Shown here piece by piece: positions 11,513 to 25,466 of a stretch of 64,000 bases of DNA. How positions within the stretch are numbered: position 1 is the first letter of the stretch; each line of letters starts with the position of its first letter. The translations under genes and the position numbers were made by a program. Below the pieces are notes generated by a model, which had not been told where the DNA came from, did not search any database, and was given only the letters and a program-made list of their open reading frames with translations. This DNA comes from Leucoraja ocellata (lineage: Eukaryota): contig JAWMAR010000030.1 of NCBI GenBank assembly GCA_036785375.1, forward strand, positions 5,084,001 through 5,148,000. Reading direction: 5' to 3'.

Positions 11513-13639
11513 AATTAGCACCACAAACCACCTATGAAGTCACAGAACTGAAACGCAGGGAAGTCATTGCCGATCCCAAGGAAAGTGAGAAATAGCATAA
11601 TTTTCTCGTGTCTATTGATCCATGCATAGTTGTTGTTTTGGTCATTGCTTGAAAGCTTCAGAGCAACATGGACGAGAGCACTGAATCTACTGAGAATTGC
11701 TGACATAGCAGATTAAGCATCCTTTGTGGCTGTAATATTCCAAACTGGCCTGAAGGATTAGGACCCTGGAAACCTGACATGTTTTGTTATAGTCATATGT
11801 ACATAGAGCTTTCCACAAATCACTTGAATCAATTATTGTTATTTGATTGAAGTTTAAGCTTGACCCAGAAAGCTCCTATCTTGCTTATCTTTTTAAACCT
11901 GACATGATGATTCTTTCATATAGAATCAACAAATTGCTTTGTTACTTTGAGCTGTCTCGTTGTCTGCTCTTGGGGATCTCTGCAGAAGGCGATGTCCACT
12001 CTGAGTTGCATTATGGAAGAGTTTAAAACATGTTAACTGTAAAAGAAGGAGACTTAGAAAAATTCCAAGATAATTTATCTCCCGATGAGTGCAATTTATC
12101 CAAATATGCACAGAGCTAACATGTGGTCAAAGCATGTGAAAGATTAGACTTAAGGTTAAGTAACAACCAAATATTTTGTAACAGAATATTTCCATGAGGG
12201 ATATATTTCTTAGACGTCGAGTTTTGTTTAAAGCCTTATTTCTGTTGTCAATTCCGCCACCTTCCATTTCTTTTCCTGCAAACTCAGTCCTTACACTTTA
12301 TGCTTTGTGCAACACCCACTGTCTGAAATCTACAATAATTGCCGGTGCTATTCTTTGACTTTCCACTCTTCAGCCCCGATATAATGCTATAAACCCATAT
12401 CTTTATATTGTACATTTAAAAAAACATGGAACTCTGAATAAAGCAGGCTATTTTTTGTACACAGTGAACCAACAACTTGACTTTGCTTGTTTCCACACTC
12501 GCATGCATAGCTTCAAATCAAAATGTCTGACCTCATAAATTTCAATTAAAGTCTCTATGGAGATGTGACTAAACAAACAGACTTGACTTGGAAAATTAAA
12601 AATGTCTGTGAACACATTGCTTAAACCCATTGGCTTCCTCACCTATTTATTCAACACAATGATCATTTTACACAGGACAGTGTTTTTGTGGCGTGCATGG
12701 TATTTGTACTGAAGCTGCACGTGCTTCTCATGAGGTTTGATAGTCCATGAGTTTAAATAGGTTATAATTCTGCATGGTTAGTTTGATGAGGAGATTATAG
12801 TTCTAGAATTTTGATGCATTTCTTATGAATTGGTGCTTTTCTTATGGTACAGAAGTTTCATACAAAAACACAAATAATTTATCAATGATTCGTCACTTTT
12901 ACAGAAAGGAAAATCAGCCTCTGATAAATTAGTAATTTGTTCTTAAATTAATTCTTACTTAGAGAAAAATCAAGATCAAGGATGGAATAAAATGCTCAGT
13001 TTGACATTTTGTCAAATCTAAAGGTGCAGGTTTCTCACAAAATATATATTAAATACCACAATTTAACACAAAGATTCGGCATGATTAGATCTTGTTTGAA
13101 GATATAGTGAGGTAGCTATTTTAAGAATTGGAGGTTTTTTGGATGTGCGATTAATGCATGATAACTTTTATTGATGATTTAATTTTGTGATACTTTGAAA
13201 AATGTACGTAATTTTGTGAAGCATATTGTCCATGCTTGTATATAGTGCCACCTATAGGTTAACTAGAATTTTTACTGAAGATGCATCATTGATTTGATTT
13301 AAATATAAAGTGAAATGAAGTTCCATCCTGGATTAAATGATTACATAAGTATTTTTATTTGGACATATTAACAATTTTGCAACGATTAATATTTAAGCAC
13401 GATTAAATTTTAATCTTTATTTGGATAACTCGTATGAAGTTAGAACCGTTTAAAGATAAATTTGTAAAGTGTTGTGTAGTTATTAATATTTTACATTTCA
13501 GAAAATATTTGTGTAAATAAATGAAATTGTCTGATTTCCCACAAATGTTATATCTGTATTATGATCATATTGTTTCATAAGTATTATTCTTTGGACTTTT
13601 AGCTAAAGTAGAAAGTTATAAAGTGACGGTAAATTACTG

Positions 13640-14545
13640 ACCTGAAGATAACATTGGCAAAAGGATGAAAGGACAGTAGGAGTAAATTGCGGATACCCAC
13701 ATTGGTAGGGCATGACTAATACTGCAAGGGTTACATTGGAACACATCAGTCCCTGTATTTAGAAATGATTTAGAAAGTAGAGAAAGAAAAGACAACACAA
13801 ATAATTTGCTGAAAACTCAAAGGATGTCTGCATTACAAGCAACATGGCTTTAACTATTAAATTGCGAAGAGATATTGATTTAAAAAAAAAAAAGGATTTT
13901 GGCATGGGCAAATGTGATGTTATATATTTTGTACTTAAAAAGCATAGAACGGTGTTCTGTAGGATCAGGCATTAGGAATCGAAATAAACTTGAGGAACCA
14001 TGCACAAAGATTATGAACAGGGGTAGAAATAGTCAAGAAGATTGCTAGTCATTATTGTACAAAATCTCAACACGTGGGGTAAAAATCATGCTCCAGCTAT
14101 TTAAATCCCTGCATTACAATGAGTACACATTGAAAAGTGTTTGCCCAGAAGTAATGTCTCCACTCGGGTTTGGAGAAATAATACCCGGATTTGAGGGTTA
14201 AATTAAGTATTACAGAAACTAGAGCTGCATCTAATGGATGTTAGAACTGCTAAGATATGACATCGGTAAGGTAGATGGGGAGAAGCTATTTCTATAGGAG
14301 GTAGTCCTGCATTTGGGCAGTGTAGTAAAAATTAATAGATGCAGGCTATTCAAGTTTGAACTTAGGAAACATTTTTACATGTAGAGGGCAATTAAAAAAT
14401 ATTGTAGTTTTTGTCTTTTGCCATTGGCCCTTGTTGCAAAGTCATTAAAGTCTGCATTAAAGGAAGGCAAGAATGTGAAGTTACATTGCCGATCAGCTCT
14501 GATTTCCTTGTTCAGACAAACTTGTCAAAGACTGTAGCCTATTCC
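13640..14545 (+). mobile_element. Old degraded CR1-like LINE (RT to 3' end)
   Basis: Colinear eroded motifs (tttgctgaaaactcaaag ~ FADDTK; gcaaatgtgatgttata ~ KCEVM; cttaggaaacatttt ~ RKHFF); boundaries approximate. Confidence 0.45.
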
Positions 14546-17334
14546 TAGACTAGATCAGTGAACATTTCTGTTTCAGATGCAATGTCTATGACTTTCAGTA
14601 GAAAAAAATACTGGCTTATTGGGGACACTAACACGGAATAAATAAATTTCTAAGTGCTCTTTTCTGGTACATTAGCTTGTTTTAAAAAAAAAGATATGTT
14701 TGAACTAGTTAATTATATGGGGAACAAGGGTAGGTAAGAATGAATAGAAAATACTTGTATAATAGTGGTTTATAGAGTTTATTAAATCTTAGTGTTGTAT
14801 AAAATACAAAAGTGCTTTAAAGTAGCTGAAAGAAAATGAATATCAAAATGCATATTATCGGCTTGAAATATAGCTAAATAGCATGAGGAAGCAAAGGAAA
14901 TGGTAATGACAGGGCCCACAGTTCTTGTTTGATTGCCATTAAATGGAAGTAAAAAATTGACATTAATTTCCAGTATTTCATCATTTTGAAAAAAAAATTC
15001 TGAGCTGATCTTGGAATTAATCAGTATCAATGCAAGTGTGCATATTTATTAAAAAAAAAAACAATTTAATGAAAGAAAAATAAGCATTTGCTGAGTGAGC
15101 AAAATGTGATTTTCCCCCCCCCCCCCGTTTGTTTGAAGCAATTTGGTTGAGATGTTACTTTTTTTTAAATCCTGAGATTTGGTTAAAGTATATTTCGCAA
15201 TTTAAATCTAAAGGCTGCAGGAAAATATGTGTATGTCCCGTAGAAAATGTTTGCTGAACTCAGCAAGAACCAATCTTCAAATAAAGTAAGATTTGAAAAG
15301 TTTAAGTCTATTAGTTGAGGTTCATCCTTTGAGAAAAGATGAATTGATTAAAAAATTAAGAAATATAAATGATTTCTGACTAAAAACTTCAATTATTGAT
15401 TAAGTAGTTATTATTAATGTCATGTTTTTGCTTTCATATGAAGTATTTTTGAAAGTCGTGAAAATGCAACATAACACTATTTATTCCTTTCAGCTTGTCC
15501 TTTTCCTTTCAACATTGGGAAATTGTATACCAATTGTTAACCTTGGGTGCTGAATTTCTTTTAGGATGCCATTGGTATTCTAGGTGCAAATTGGGTCCCT
15601 GTTCATGGTGGCATTGATTTCTCCATTTGAAACATATTTGAAGAAGAGTTATTTCACAGAGTATACGTGTCAATTCGTGAGTTGTTAATTATAGTTTATG
15701 GTATGTGCAAGGAAAGCAGTCATTGCTAGAGCAAGTGGAACTAGTTTGTGTCTGAAAGAGCATTCGCAATGCCAAGTTTTAGTGATTGCACATCTTTCAG
15801 TTCATTCATTGTTGACTTTTGTATCATGCCAGACACAAATAAAAAAGGAATTAGTTTAAGAAAACAAATGTCTCTACATGCCCAAGTTATAATATCCCTG
15901 AAAGTTTTGCTGCTTTTTGCAATATTATCATTGATACTGTCTTTGTTCACTGGTTAACTGACATTGCTTCGCAACTTTTTTTTTTGGCCTTGATAATATG
16001 ACTCGCTCTTTGCAATCTACAGTAATGCTTAGCAAGTAATTTTCATTGTTCCTTTTCAATGCACAGCAAGAGAATCTTTCATCTTCAGTGAATTGAGTTC
16101 ATACAAAATTCAGATCCCTGCACTTTAATCACCCATCAAGTGAATTCCAGGCCTTCGTTGGTTTCCGGTCCTGCAATATTTAGAATTTAGTATTCTCATT
16201 CTTGTTTCCAGACACCACCATGTCCTCACCTCTATGTCCTTTCCCCTCTCACTTTTTTTTTGTAGCCTCCCTGACCAAGTCACTCATCCTTTTCTGGCTT
16301 CCTGTTCAACCAGATTTTTATGACCGTATTACTGCCAACTGTGCCTTCAGTCACCCAAGTCTGAGGCTTTTGAATTGCCTTTCTGGGCCTCAATCCTTTT
16401 GGTCATCGGTTCAACTTAATTTAATTATGAAGTTGGTTTGTTTTGTATCGTTTCTGCAAAATGGGTTGATGTTTTAATATCATGTGTGTTGTATATATGT
16501 AAATTATTGTAATATAAATGTTATTTCTATTGATGAATGTATTTTTTGTTTCCTGTATTTGCTTTATACTTGGGGCAGAGTTTAGCAGATCAGTTACATG
16601 GAAGTTTAAAAAGATCCATGCTCTTTGAATACATTATGCCAATATATGTCAATATCTAAGTACTTCTTGCAATGATTTTTCTTTGTGAAAACGAGCCGAT
16701 GACAGTGGCATATTAATTCATCTGTTTTCGGTTGAATCTGGGTGCGAGAGCTGTTTTTTGAGGTGGTCTTTGAACATTTACTCAGCGTTATTGACAGTGG
16801 TTCCAAGCATAATTTTCATTTAAATTATCATAATCAATATTCCAAGGCGATGCACTGCTCGAGGCAAAAGATGTTGCTGCACCACATTGGTTCCTTGAAT
16901 TTTCTAGTTAATCTAAATTTCATTTTTAATTTTTGTTGTAATTTCAATCTTCTCTGATTTAACAAAATAATTTGAATAGGTATTTAAATTATTGGATACA
17001 GTTCCTGTGCACCTGAGAAATGATTAGCAGAATAGCTCAAATAACCAAGGGGACATGTCTGTTACATTGCTGGTAGCTGGTAAGTTGGATTTGGTGATTT
17101 TAGTTATCAAATTGTGTTTTCTGATCATCTCTGCAATCAAGAAAAGTAACCTTTGTGTGACATTTGCTCTTAACATTGTTCAGGTTCAGCATCTGAAACT
17201 GTTTCCTTAGATTTGGTGTATCTTTAGGTGTCCAAAGCCGTAGTAATTTTTAGCAAGTCTCTAATTGAATGGAAAATATGAAGTTCGTACATTGCTTTGA
17301 TGCTCACAACATTCTTCCAGTGTGGTATTTACTC

Positions 17335-18225
17335 CAAAAGGAATTTCCTCATTATCCTGCAGCTCCACTCTTGCTCCCCCTCCCCCATTCGTAACAAGGA
17401 CAGAGTCCCCCTTGTCCTCACCTTCCACCCCATACAGCATATAATCCTCCAACATTTTCGCCACCTCCAACGTGATCCCACCACTGGCCACATCTTCCCA
17501 TCCCCACCCCTTTCTGCTTTCCGCAGAGACCGTTCCCTCCGAAACTCCCTGGCCAACTCGTCCCTTCCCACCCAAACCACCCCCTCCCCAGGTACTTTCC
17601 CCTGCAACCGCAGGAGCTGCACCACCTGTCCCTTTAGCTCCACCCTCGACTCCATCCAAGGACCCTAACACTCTTTCCAGGTGAAGCAGAGGTTCACCAA
17701 TCTCATCTGCAGTATCTGCTGTGCCAGGTATCAACTTCTCTACTTCTGCGAGACCAAATGCAGGCTTGGCGATTGTTTCGCTGAACACCTCCGCTTAGTC
17801 CGTCTTAACTTACGTGATCTCTGGTTGCTCAGCACTTCAACTCACCCTCCCATCCCCAATCTGACCTTTCTGTCCTGGGTTTCCTCCATTGTCAGAGTGA
17901 GGCCCAGTGCAAATTGTAGGAACAGCACCTCATATTTCACTTGGGTAGTTTACACCACAACAGTATGAACATTGACTTCTGTAACTTCAAATAGCCCTTG
18001 CCTCCCCTCTCTCTCCCCCTTCCCAGTTCTCCCAACCGTCTTACTGCCTCCGACTACATTCTATCTTTGTCCCGCCCACTACCCTGACATCAGTCTGAAG
18101 AAGGGTCTTGACCTGAAACGTCACCCATTCCTTCTCACCAGAGATGCTGCCTGTCCTGTGGAGTTACTCCTGCACTTCGTGTCTACCTTTGATTTAAACC
18201 AGCATCTGCAGTTCTTTGTTACACA
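17335..18225 (+). mobile_element. Penelope-like retroelement fragment (RT-thumb/linker, GIY-YIG endonuclease, terminal repeat)
   Basis: Peptides NKDRVPLVLTFHP...PLSAFRRDRSLRNSL..PGTFPCNRRSCTTC and NLICSICCARYQLLYFCETKCRLGDCFAEHL (degenerate GIY-YIG), followed by a terminus with CTGAAGA...GAAACGTC. Confidence 0.88.
18091..18125 (+). ncRNA. Minimal type-I hammerhead ribozyme-like motif (Penelope-associated), sense to the GBF1 pre-mRNA
   Basis: CAGT-CTGAAGA-A-GGGTC TT GACCT-GAAA-CGTC-ACC; stem II closes with a G-U pair. Confidence 0.5.
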
Positions 18226-20504
18226 TGTAAATTAACAAATAAATTAACTGATAAATGAAGAGGAGCAATGTTGCATTATGAATTACAAATTTTCCGTTTA
18301 ATTATGTCCTTGAAAGAGAACTGGAAACCTGCTCTGAATTAATGTTGTAACTTGGCATAAAATATCAGTGTTTACTGTAGCAGGTGATAATTCATTATAA
18401 TTTAACTAGATTTAATAATTGTAAAGTAGTCGTAATAATTTTATAATGATACTCTGTTTTGTAAAAGTATTTCTTAGTGCAGGTTAGTGGTTACTGACCA
18501 GGGGAATTGACAGCCACATGAGGGAGAATAGGTTACAGTGAAATGTGTGGCAAAAGGGATTAATGGGTTTGCTCTGAGAACTAACATGGACTTGATGGGC
18601 CAAATGGTCTCGGGAAATACTCGGGAAAGGAAGTAAGGCCTTTTCATATTGTATTGCATGTGTGTTCGTGGATTCGCAATACAGTTTCAATAAGGCGATA
18701 CAGTTGCAAATCTTTTGAAATTTGACTGGCCTCAAGCTTGGAAAACTGCCAACATTACACATGTTAACTGTGCATTTCCTTAGTTACATTGATACCATAA
18801 ATGCATAGTCCAGGGAGGACAACGCCTACTCTGACCCCAGTCAGTAAACTTAGTCCAGACCTGCAAGCATGATTACACTTGCTATGGGCACCAGTTTCAT
18901 TATGCTGTTTTAATTGATGAATGTATATGACTTAACAAAAATGAGTGCACAAAATTGCTTTTGAGTTCAGTTTTTCATGTTTGAAGAAGATATCTGAAAG
19001 AAACATTTAAAAAAGAAGTTGACCCAGTTATCAACATGTTTGTTGGATCTCAGCGATTACCATTGTTCATTGATAGAGATGCTAAACTTCAACAAAGTAG
19101 CTTATTGGGGGGGGGGTATGCTACTGGTATAAAATGATCACCTGCCCCCTGTCTATACGTGGCAATTTATTCTCATCTTTTATATATACTAAAATCAATA
19201 ATGGAAAAAAATCAATGACACCTCCGATATTACTGTGGTCCATTCTTGGTGCTATGAGTTTTGCTGTTCGCTTCACTGTTGTGGTCATTGCCAGTGCCTT
19301 TGTGTCAAAATTGTGGCGAACATCATCCTTGGCACTGCTGAACACAAGGGAAGTGTTCAACTTTGAACTGTCATTATATCACAACATGTTAGTATTGCAT
19401 TTCTTTTTGAGGAAGTTAGTTACATTCTGTGCAGTTTAACTATGTAATGCAGTGCTCAAGATCTCCTCACAGCTGAGACGTGCAGCAGCTTTTAACTTGG
19501 GCAAACAACATTACATTTCCTTTTAGCCACTCAACTAAGTCAAAACAAAACCTCTGTTCTGCTTCCAGCCAATATGAACATTTATTTTACTTAGCTCTAC
19601 TATTCTGGATTATACGATTCCTTCCTGATCAATGGCAATTACTTTAAACAATTAGGCCTTATGTGACAGTGAGGTAGTGTGAATTTTTTTGTTTTTCAGT
19701 TCTGTCATTGTAAAGTTATGCTTCAGCTTTCCAACCTGTAACTGTAATTGTCTATATTTTTCAATAAATGACTTAAATTGCAGAAAGCTCAATGCTGTTG
19801 AAGCAGTAAGATTCATTACTCGGGTATTTTCACTGATGTAATCTAAAACCTTTTATTCAGCCAATTCTCCCTTTGTCTAAACTTTCTAAGTTAACCATTT
19901 TGTCTTGACGTATATATGCACAGAGTACACAGCTAATTATTGCCATTGCTAAGGTACTTGACAGCAGCATCTTAAATCTATTCCTCATCCACACGCTATG
20001 GACGGATAATTTGAAAGATTATGTAAAGTCTGTGTACTTAGCAGGAATGTGAAAAATACATTGATGTTGAAGATGCACAGTGGCATATGGTAGTCCCTGT
20101 TTGGATAAAACCCCAGGACCTAGACCACAATATTGCCAGTTTGTTTCATCCCAGTCAGAAGATTATATTTCCTACTAAGGACGTGAGGTTGTGAAAAGTC
20201 CATGACAAAAGTGTCCAAAAGCTACAGTCTCTGTGCTTAACCCTATTTTCGGTTTGTTCCAGGAGTTGATTCAAAATTTAAAAAAATGCCAGAGCACTTT
20301 GACCAATAATGAAATTAATCTTGAATCACTCTTATGTTGCAAAGAAATGATGGCGGATCATTGGTTTTATCAACAGCGTTAAACTCTGAAACATCTATAG
20401 TGCAAATTTTACACTGACTAATTAGAAGTAGCTTTAATTTGCTCAATATTGTTAATTAAAAGTTTAAGGATGTTAATACTGAAGTGTTTTTTTTTTTTTT
20501 GCAG

Positions 20505-20623
20505 ACCCCAATCATGAAGGTGCAGCAGAGGGAATTGAAAATATGGCTGATGCTGTCACACATGCTCGTTTTGTGGGCACAGACCCTGCGAGTGACGAAG
20601 TTGTCCTAATGAAAATCCTGCAG
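20505..20623 (+). CDS. GBF1: GBF1 window exon 2 (119 nt)
   Basis: poly-T gcag| (D)PNHEGAAEGIENMADAVTHARFVGTDPASDEVVLMKILQ |gtaatg; phase 1-0. Confidence 0.96.
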
Positions 20624-21079
20624 GTAATGCTGCCTGTTAGTTAATGTAAAGAAAAACAGCGGAACCAATTAGTTACTGGTATTAAAATGAAATCTGGTTA
20701 CTTGGCCAGTAATTAGAGTAATGATGTATTCAATTTCATTCAAATCCATGTGGGGATTCCATGTTTTGGCTTCAGGATTTCTCCTTTGTCTCTGTTGTGA
20801 ACCAGGGGATTACATAGTACTCTACATTGTTCTGATTAATTCCTTCTCTTGTCCTCAGCTTACTTTGTCTTTTTGGTAAATTCTTCCTCTCCTAATAAGT
20901 TACATGGGCACAATGGATTCCATACTTCAGCCGTTTGCTTGGAATTCTAAATGCATAATTGATGGAAGTCGGTTTACAATGTGCACATCATCAATACATG
21001 GCATGATATCACTTGCTTGATATCACATAGCATGATATGGTGGCCCTAGCTACCCCCCCCTTCCTCTCTGAACACCCAC

Positions 21080-21630
21080 CATCCAGCTCCTCCAACCTCA
21101 TCTACTGTATCCGCTGTTCCAGGTGTCAACTTGTGTACACCGGCAAGATCAAGCGCAGGCTCGGCGATTGTTTCGCGGAACACCTCCGCTCAGTCCGCCT
21201 TAACCTACCTGATCTCCCGGTTGCTCAGCACTTTAACCCCTCCTCCCATTCCCAATCTGACCTTTCTGTCCTAGGCCTCCTCCATTGTCAGAGTGAGGCA
21301 CAGTGCAAATTGGAGGAACAGCACCTCCTATTTCGCTCGGATAGCTTACACCCCAGCGATATGAACATTGACTTATCTTGCTTCAAACAGTCCTTGCTTT
21401 CCCTCTCTCTCTATCCCCTCCCCTTTCCCAGTTCTTCCTCCAGTCTTACAGTCTCCGACTACATTCCATCTCTGTCCCGCCCACTCCCCTGACATCAGTC
21501 TAAAGAAGGGCCTTGACCCAAAATATCACCCATTCCTTCTCTCCAGAAATGCTGCCTGTCCCGCTGAGTTACTCCAGCATTTTGTGTCTACGTTCGATTT
21601 AAACCAGCATCTGCAGTTCTTTCCTACACA
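21080..21630 (+). mobile_element. Penelope-like retroelement fragment (GIY-YIG plus terminus)
   Basis: SSNLIYCIRCSRCQLVYTGKIKRRLGDCFAEHLRSVR...VAQHFN...LEEQHLLF; colinear with 17690-18225. Confidence 0.88.
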
Positions 21631-22394
21631 TGATATCACTTCATGTGAACAAAGACATGTTGGTTGGTTAAATCGCCACTGTAAACTACTCTTAGTTGCA
21701 AAAAAGAACCTAAGGGAATTGATGGCATGTGTGAAAGAGAATAAATTGTAGGACCATTGGGAAATAATGAGCGCAGGAATTTAAAAAAATGGGATTACTC
21801 CCCTGGTTGCTGACATGGACCTGACAAGCCAAGTGTCATCATTTGCATCATTATAACGTTAGGGATAAGTATGTTTGGCTTGAACAAGAACAGCAAGACT
21901 AATTGAATTTTCCCCAGCAAACATGAGAAAACTTTGAGCAAGCTGGACTCTGCCACTGGATTCTATGTGGTACAGGAATGGTGCATTATGACAAGCACAA
22001 ATTGTTTTGTAATGCATGGTGCTTCACCATGGCTGAAATATGGATGACCTTTGTCATCTTGTTTAAATTGTTTTTGATAGTCACCTCTGCATGAAAATGC
22101 AAACTGCTATCATTTTCCAATTATTAAATCATGTGTTTTTCTGAGTTGCAAATATAGCGTGGGAGTGCATTTTTTTCTCTCCATGAGCAACTACAATATA
22201 CACCAACCTGAGAAGAGTAATCTGCATCATGACAACTTTTTGGATCCAATTAGTGCTGAATTTAAGTAAAAATTTGCATTTCTAGTCTTGAATTTACTGA
22301 GAATTGGGGTTATTTGTTGCGAGTGCAACTTTTAACTTTGGGCCCTGAGTGGTGAAAGCTGCATTGGTTTGTGATGATTGGTTTTGGTTAAAAT

Positions 22395-22535
22395 TGGTTT
22401 TCAAGAGAGAGTTAGATTTAGCTCTTAGGGCTAAAGGAATCAAGGGATATGGGGAAAAAGCAGGAACGAGGTACTGATTTTAGATGATCAACCATGATCA
22501 TATGGAATTGCAGTGCTGGATCAAAGGGCCAATTG
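22395..22535 (+). mobile_element. CR1 LINE 3' end fragment
   Basis: TTCAAGAGAGAGTTAGAT..GGAATCAAGGGATATGGGGAAAAAGCAGG..GATGATCAACCATGATCAT matches the reverse complement of 1300-1440. Confidence 0.8.
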
Positions 22536-22759
22536 AAAATGCATCGTATATTGATCTCCGCTTTTAAAATTAGTTTGTTGATGAGCTTTCACAGCAGGTT
22601 TATAAAATTAACAAGGGATTCCGATTGATCTATTTTAATACAGTGTAGGATAAAGCGTGCATAATTCTTGAATTAAGCATTTGTGTTTATTTCTGAAAAA
22701 GTTTTGCATTGAATGGCTGCATGGATCGAAACATGAACATTTTGCTTTATCATTTTTAG

Positions 22760-22868
22760 GTCTTGAGAACCTTACTCCTTACTCCTGTTGGTGCTCACCT
22801 GACTAATGAATCTGTTTGTGAAATTATGCAGTCATGTTTTCGAATATGCTTTGAAATGAGGCTCAGTG
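22760..22868 (+). CDS. GBF1: GBF1 window exon 3 (109 nt)
   Basis: catttttag| [36 protein letters not shown] |gtgagt; phase 0-1. Confidence 0.96.
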
Positions 22869-23239
22869 GTGAGTTTTCTTGGCTGTGTGCCTGTTTCTCT
22901 ATTATCTTTTTAAGTTTTGTATTCTTGTTTTATGATGACTAAGTGAAGTAATTAATTGGCAACTTTACCAGCACACATGCAGTTTATCCCACGTAGATTG
23001 ATTTATTTTTAATTGAATTTTGATTTTTTAATAATTTGAATCTATATACATAGTTTATGAATGTCCTTATCAGTGACACTTAAAAATATTTTCTCATTTC
23101 AATCTTAAAGCCTGCTCTCAACTTGGAGTGTGCTCTGTCTTGTTGATGAGTGAGGTATGACTGCATGAAGACCCGGGATGTGCATCCATACACTTTGCGA
23201 ACCGTCCCCCTTTCTTCTGATGTTCCTTAGTTTTTTGTC

Positions 23240-23500
23240 TAGATGTATAGTGGACACAGGTCCTTCGATCCACTGAGTACACGCCGACCAGCGATCATCC
23301 CCTACACTATTTCTATCCTACACACTAGGGACAATTTACAGAGGCCAATTAACCTACAAAACGGAGCTCCCGGAGGAAACCCACACGTTCACGGGGAGAA
23401 CGTGCAAACTCCATCCAGATAGCACCCGTAGTCGGAATCAAACCCGGGTCCCTGGCACTGTAAGGCAGCAACTCTACCGATGCTTGACTGTACCACCCAC
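23240..23500 (-). mobile_element. tRNA-derived V-SINE (HE1-like)
   Basis: Minus strand: GGTAGAGTTGCTGCCTTACAGTGCCAGGGACCCGGGTTTGATTCC (A/B-box-like), then the V-domain GGAGTTTGCACGTTCTCCCCGTG and a CR1-like tail GAAGGACCTGTG. Confidence 0.82.
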
Positions 23501-25466
23501 AGTGGGTTAACAACTGAATCACTTTGTGTTGTTGATCTGAAACCTGGTGGCTTGCTTCCTGTTCCCTCCTTAGCTGTGCAGATTGAATTCACCGGACGAT
23601 CCACCCCTTTAAAAAATGTTCGATTTGTATAACTATGTGGCACCAAACCAGGTCCTTCAGCCCAACTCATCCATGCTGATCAAGTTGCCTAACCAGACGG
23701 CCCATATCCCTGAAGTATGCAAATAGTGAAAGTAAATGCTGCAGGTTGGCACAATGTTCTTTGCGGCAGCTCATCACTATAGTTAGCCCACAGTTTAAAA
23801 GTATATAGTGGCAAACAATTATAATGATGTTTATATAGATAGGTACTGATGAAATGCTGTCTCCTTCACTCTTATCATACAGTTTGTGATAAACTCTAGA
23901 TACAATTATTTGAATAAAACCAGTCTTAATCATGAATTGGAGGAGAAACATATTTTAAATATTACACAAACTTTATAGCAGTCTTTGATTGAAGCTGCAA
24001 GGACATTCCACAATCAATAATTATTTTGTGGGAAAGACGAGTGATCAGTTGTTCTTGCTGGTAGTTTTACTAAATTGAAAGGATCTAAGCATAAAACTGG
24101 GACAAAGCACTATTTAATTAACAGTTAGACTGATCAGAGCAGGTAGTTTGCAACATTAGCAGTAGCAACATTAAACTAATCAGAGTAAGTAGTTTGTTTT
24201 TCTTAATTAGAAAACATACTAAATCTGCAACTGACTGGCAGATAGACTTATTTTATGGGCTGGATCATCCAACCTAACACACCAGCCACTCAACTTCTAG
24301 TTGTGACTGCACCAGCAAGAAATATCCCATTCAGTCCCATTGAAATTCCTTCCAGGTTTGTAGGCTGACTCCATGGTCGATTCAATGTTGCCTTCACACA
24401 CGAAGGATGGTTGGTGGTGGTGATGAGGGAGGGGAGGGGAGTACTCCTAGTTACTGCAGGTCAGACAATCTACCCCCCCTTAAATGACTCTCAAATAACT
24501 TGTTCCCACTTAACTGCGCATACTGAATTCTTATAGCTATGTTGGAATTCTGGCAGGACATTTTGTGTTTTCTCCTTCATCCTTTGCGCATCCCATTTGT
24601 GCTTTAAAAAGGTCTGGTTTTTGGTGTCACCACTTTTTATGCAGTTCACTTGCTCAGTTTAGCTGTTTGCTGTTTATTAAGGAACCATGTTAAATTCTTG
24701 GAGTTCGTGCAAAATCAGGTGCAAAGTAAATTTTATTGCAGCTGGGTTTAATGTATGCACTTTTATCCCACTAGGTTGATAAAAGGCATAGTGTTTGGAA
24801 ATATAAATAAATAAGTTAAATAAGTTGAGTGAGTGTGCCGCTGGTAAATTACTAAGCTCAAGTGGAACAAATTCATGGTGCCTCATGTTAGGAATATTTG
24901 TTTCATGATATTTAACTAACCTGCAATGTGGTTGACGTAAGATATATTTTGCATAAAGGGGGCATTGCTGGTTGGTGGTGTGTAGTGTTTGGTTGCGTTC
25001 CACACAGGCCATTAAAGGACCTTTGCAGCATCAGGACGATCCAAGTTTTCCATTCTACCTGCCTGTGAAGATTTAACCCTCTGTGATGAACATTTCCTCA
25101 CTTTAAAGTCTTAGAAATTCGAGATTAGAAATGGCTTTCATCAGGATTTGACTTTATCTGTCTCTGTTAGAACTATATGTAATGGACGTGTGTTCCGAAA
25201 TGTGTGCCTTATATTAAAAGCAGTAAAAGGGCATCTTGTGCTGTAAAGGGATAAACAGACAGCTGCTCGCAAGGACTGACAGTGCTGCAGTGCCATCTTC
25301 CTTCTGTTTGTGTCTGACAAATGCATTGAGTTTAATTTAAAATGGTTTAATAAGCTTTGCTTAATCCTTAGTAAACAAAACTAGGAGGGAGGTCTACTTG
25401 TTGGAGCCTCTTGATAATATCACAATGCATAATGACACCTGTGCTATTTGTTTTTTCTCTCTGCAG

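Noticed and set aside
16100-16480. Possible ancient L2 fragment
   Set aside because: Only a faint motif (AFSH..LRL.NCL) is visible, too eroded to set boundaries without a profile search.
19670-19692. let-7-like start TGAGGTAGTG
   Set aside because: The rest of let-7 is missing and there is no complementary arm.
23440-23500. tRNA-like A/B boxes (also at about 35670-35735)
   Set aside because: These are V-SINE heads, not tRNA genes; no cloverleaf forms.
24126-24196. Short direct repeat A.ACT.ATCAGAG.A.GTAGTTTG x2
   Set aside because: Only two imperfect copies; most likely a local duplication with no further structure.
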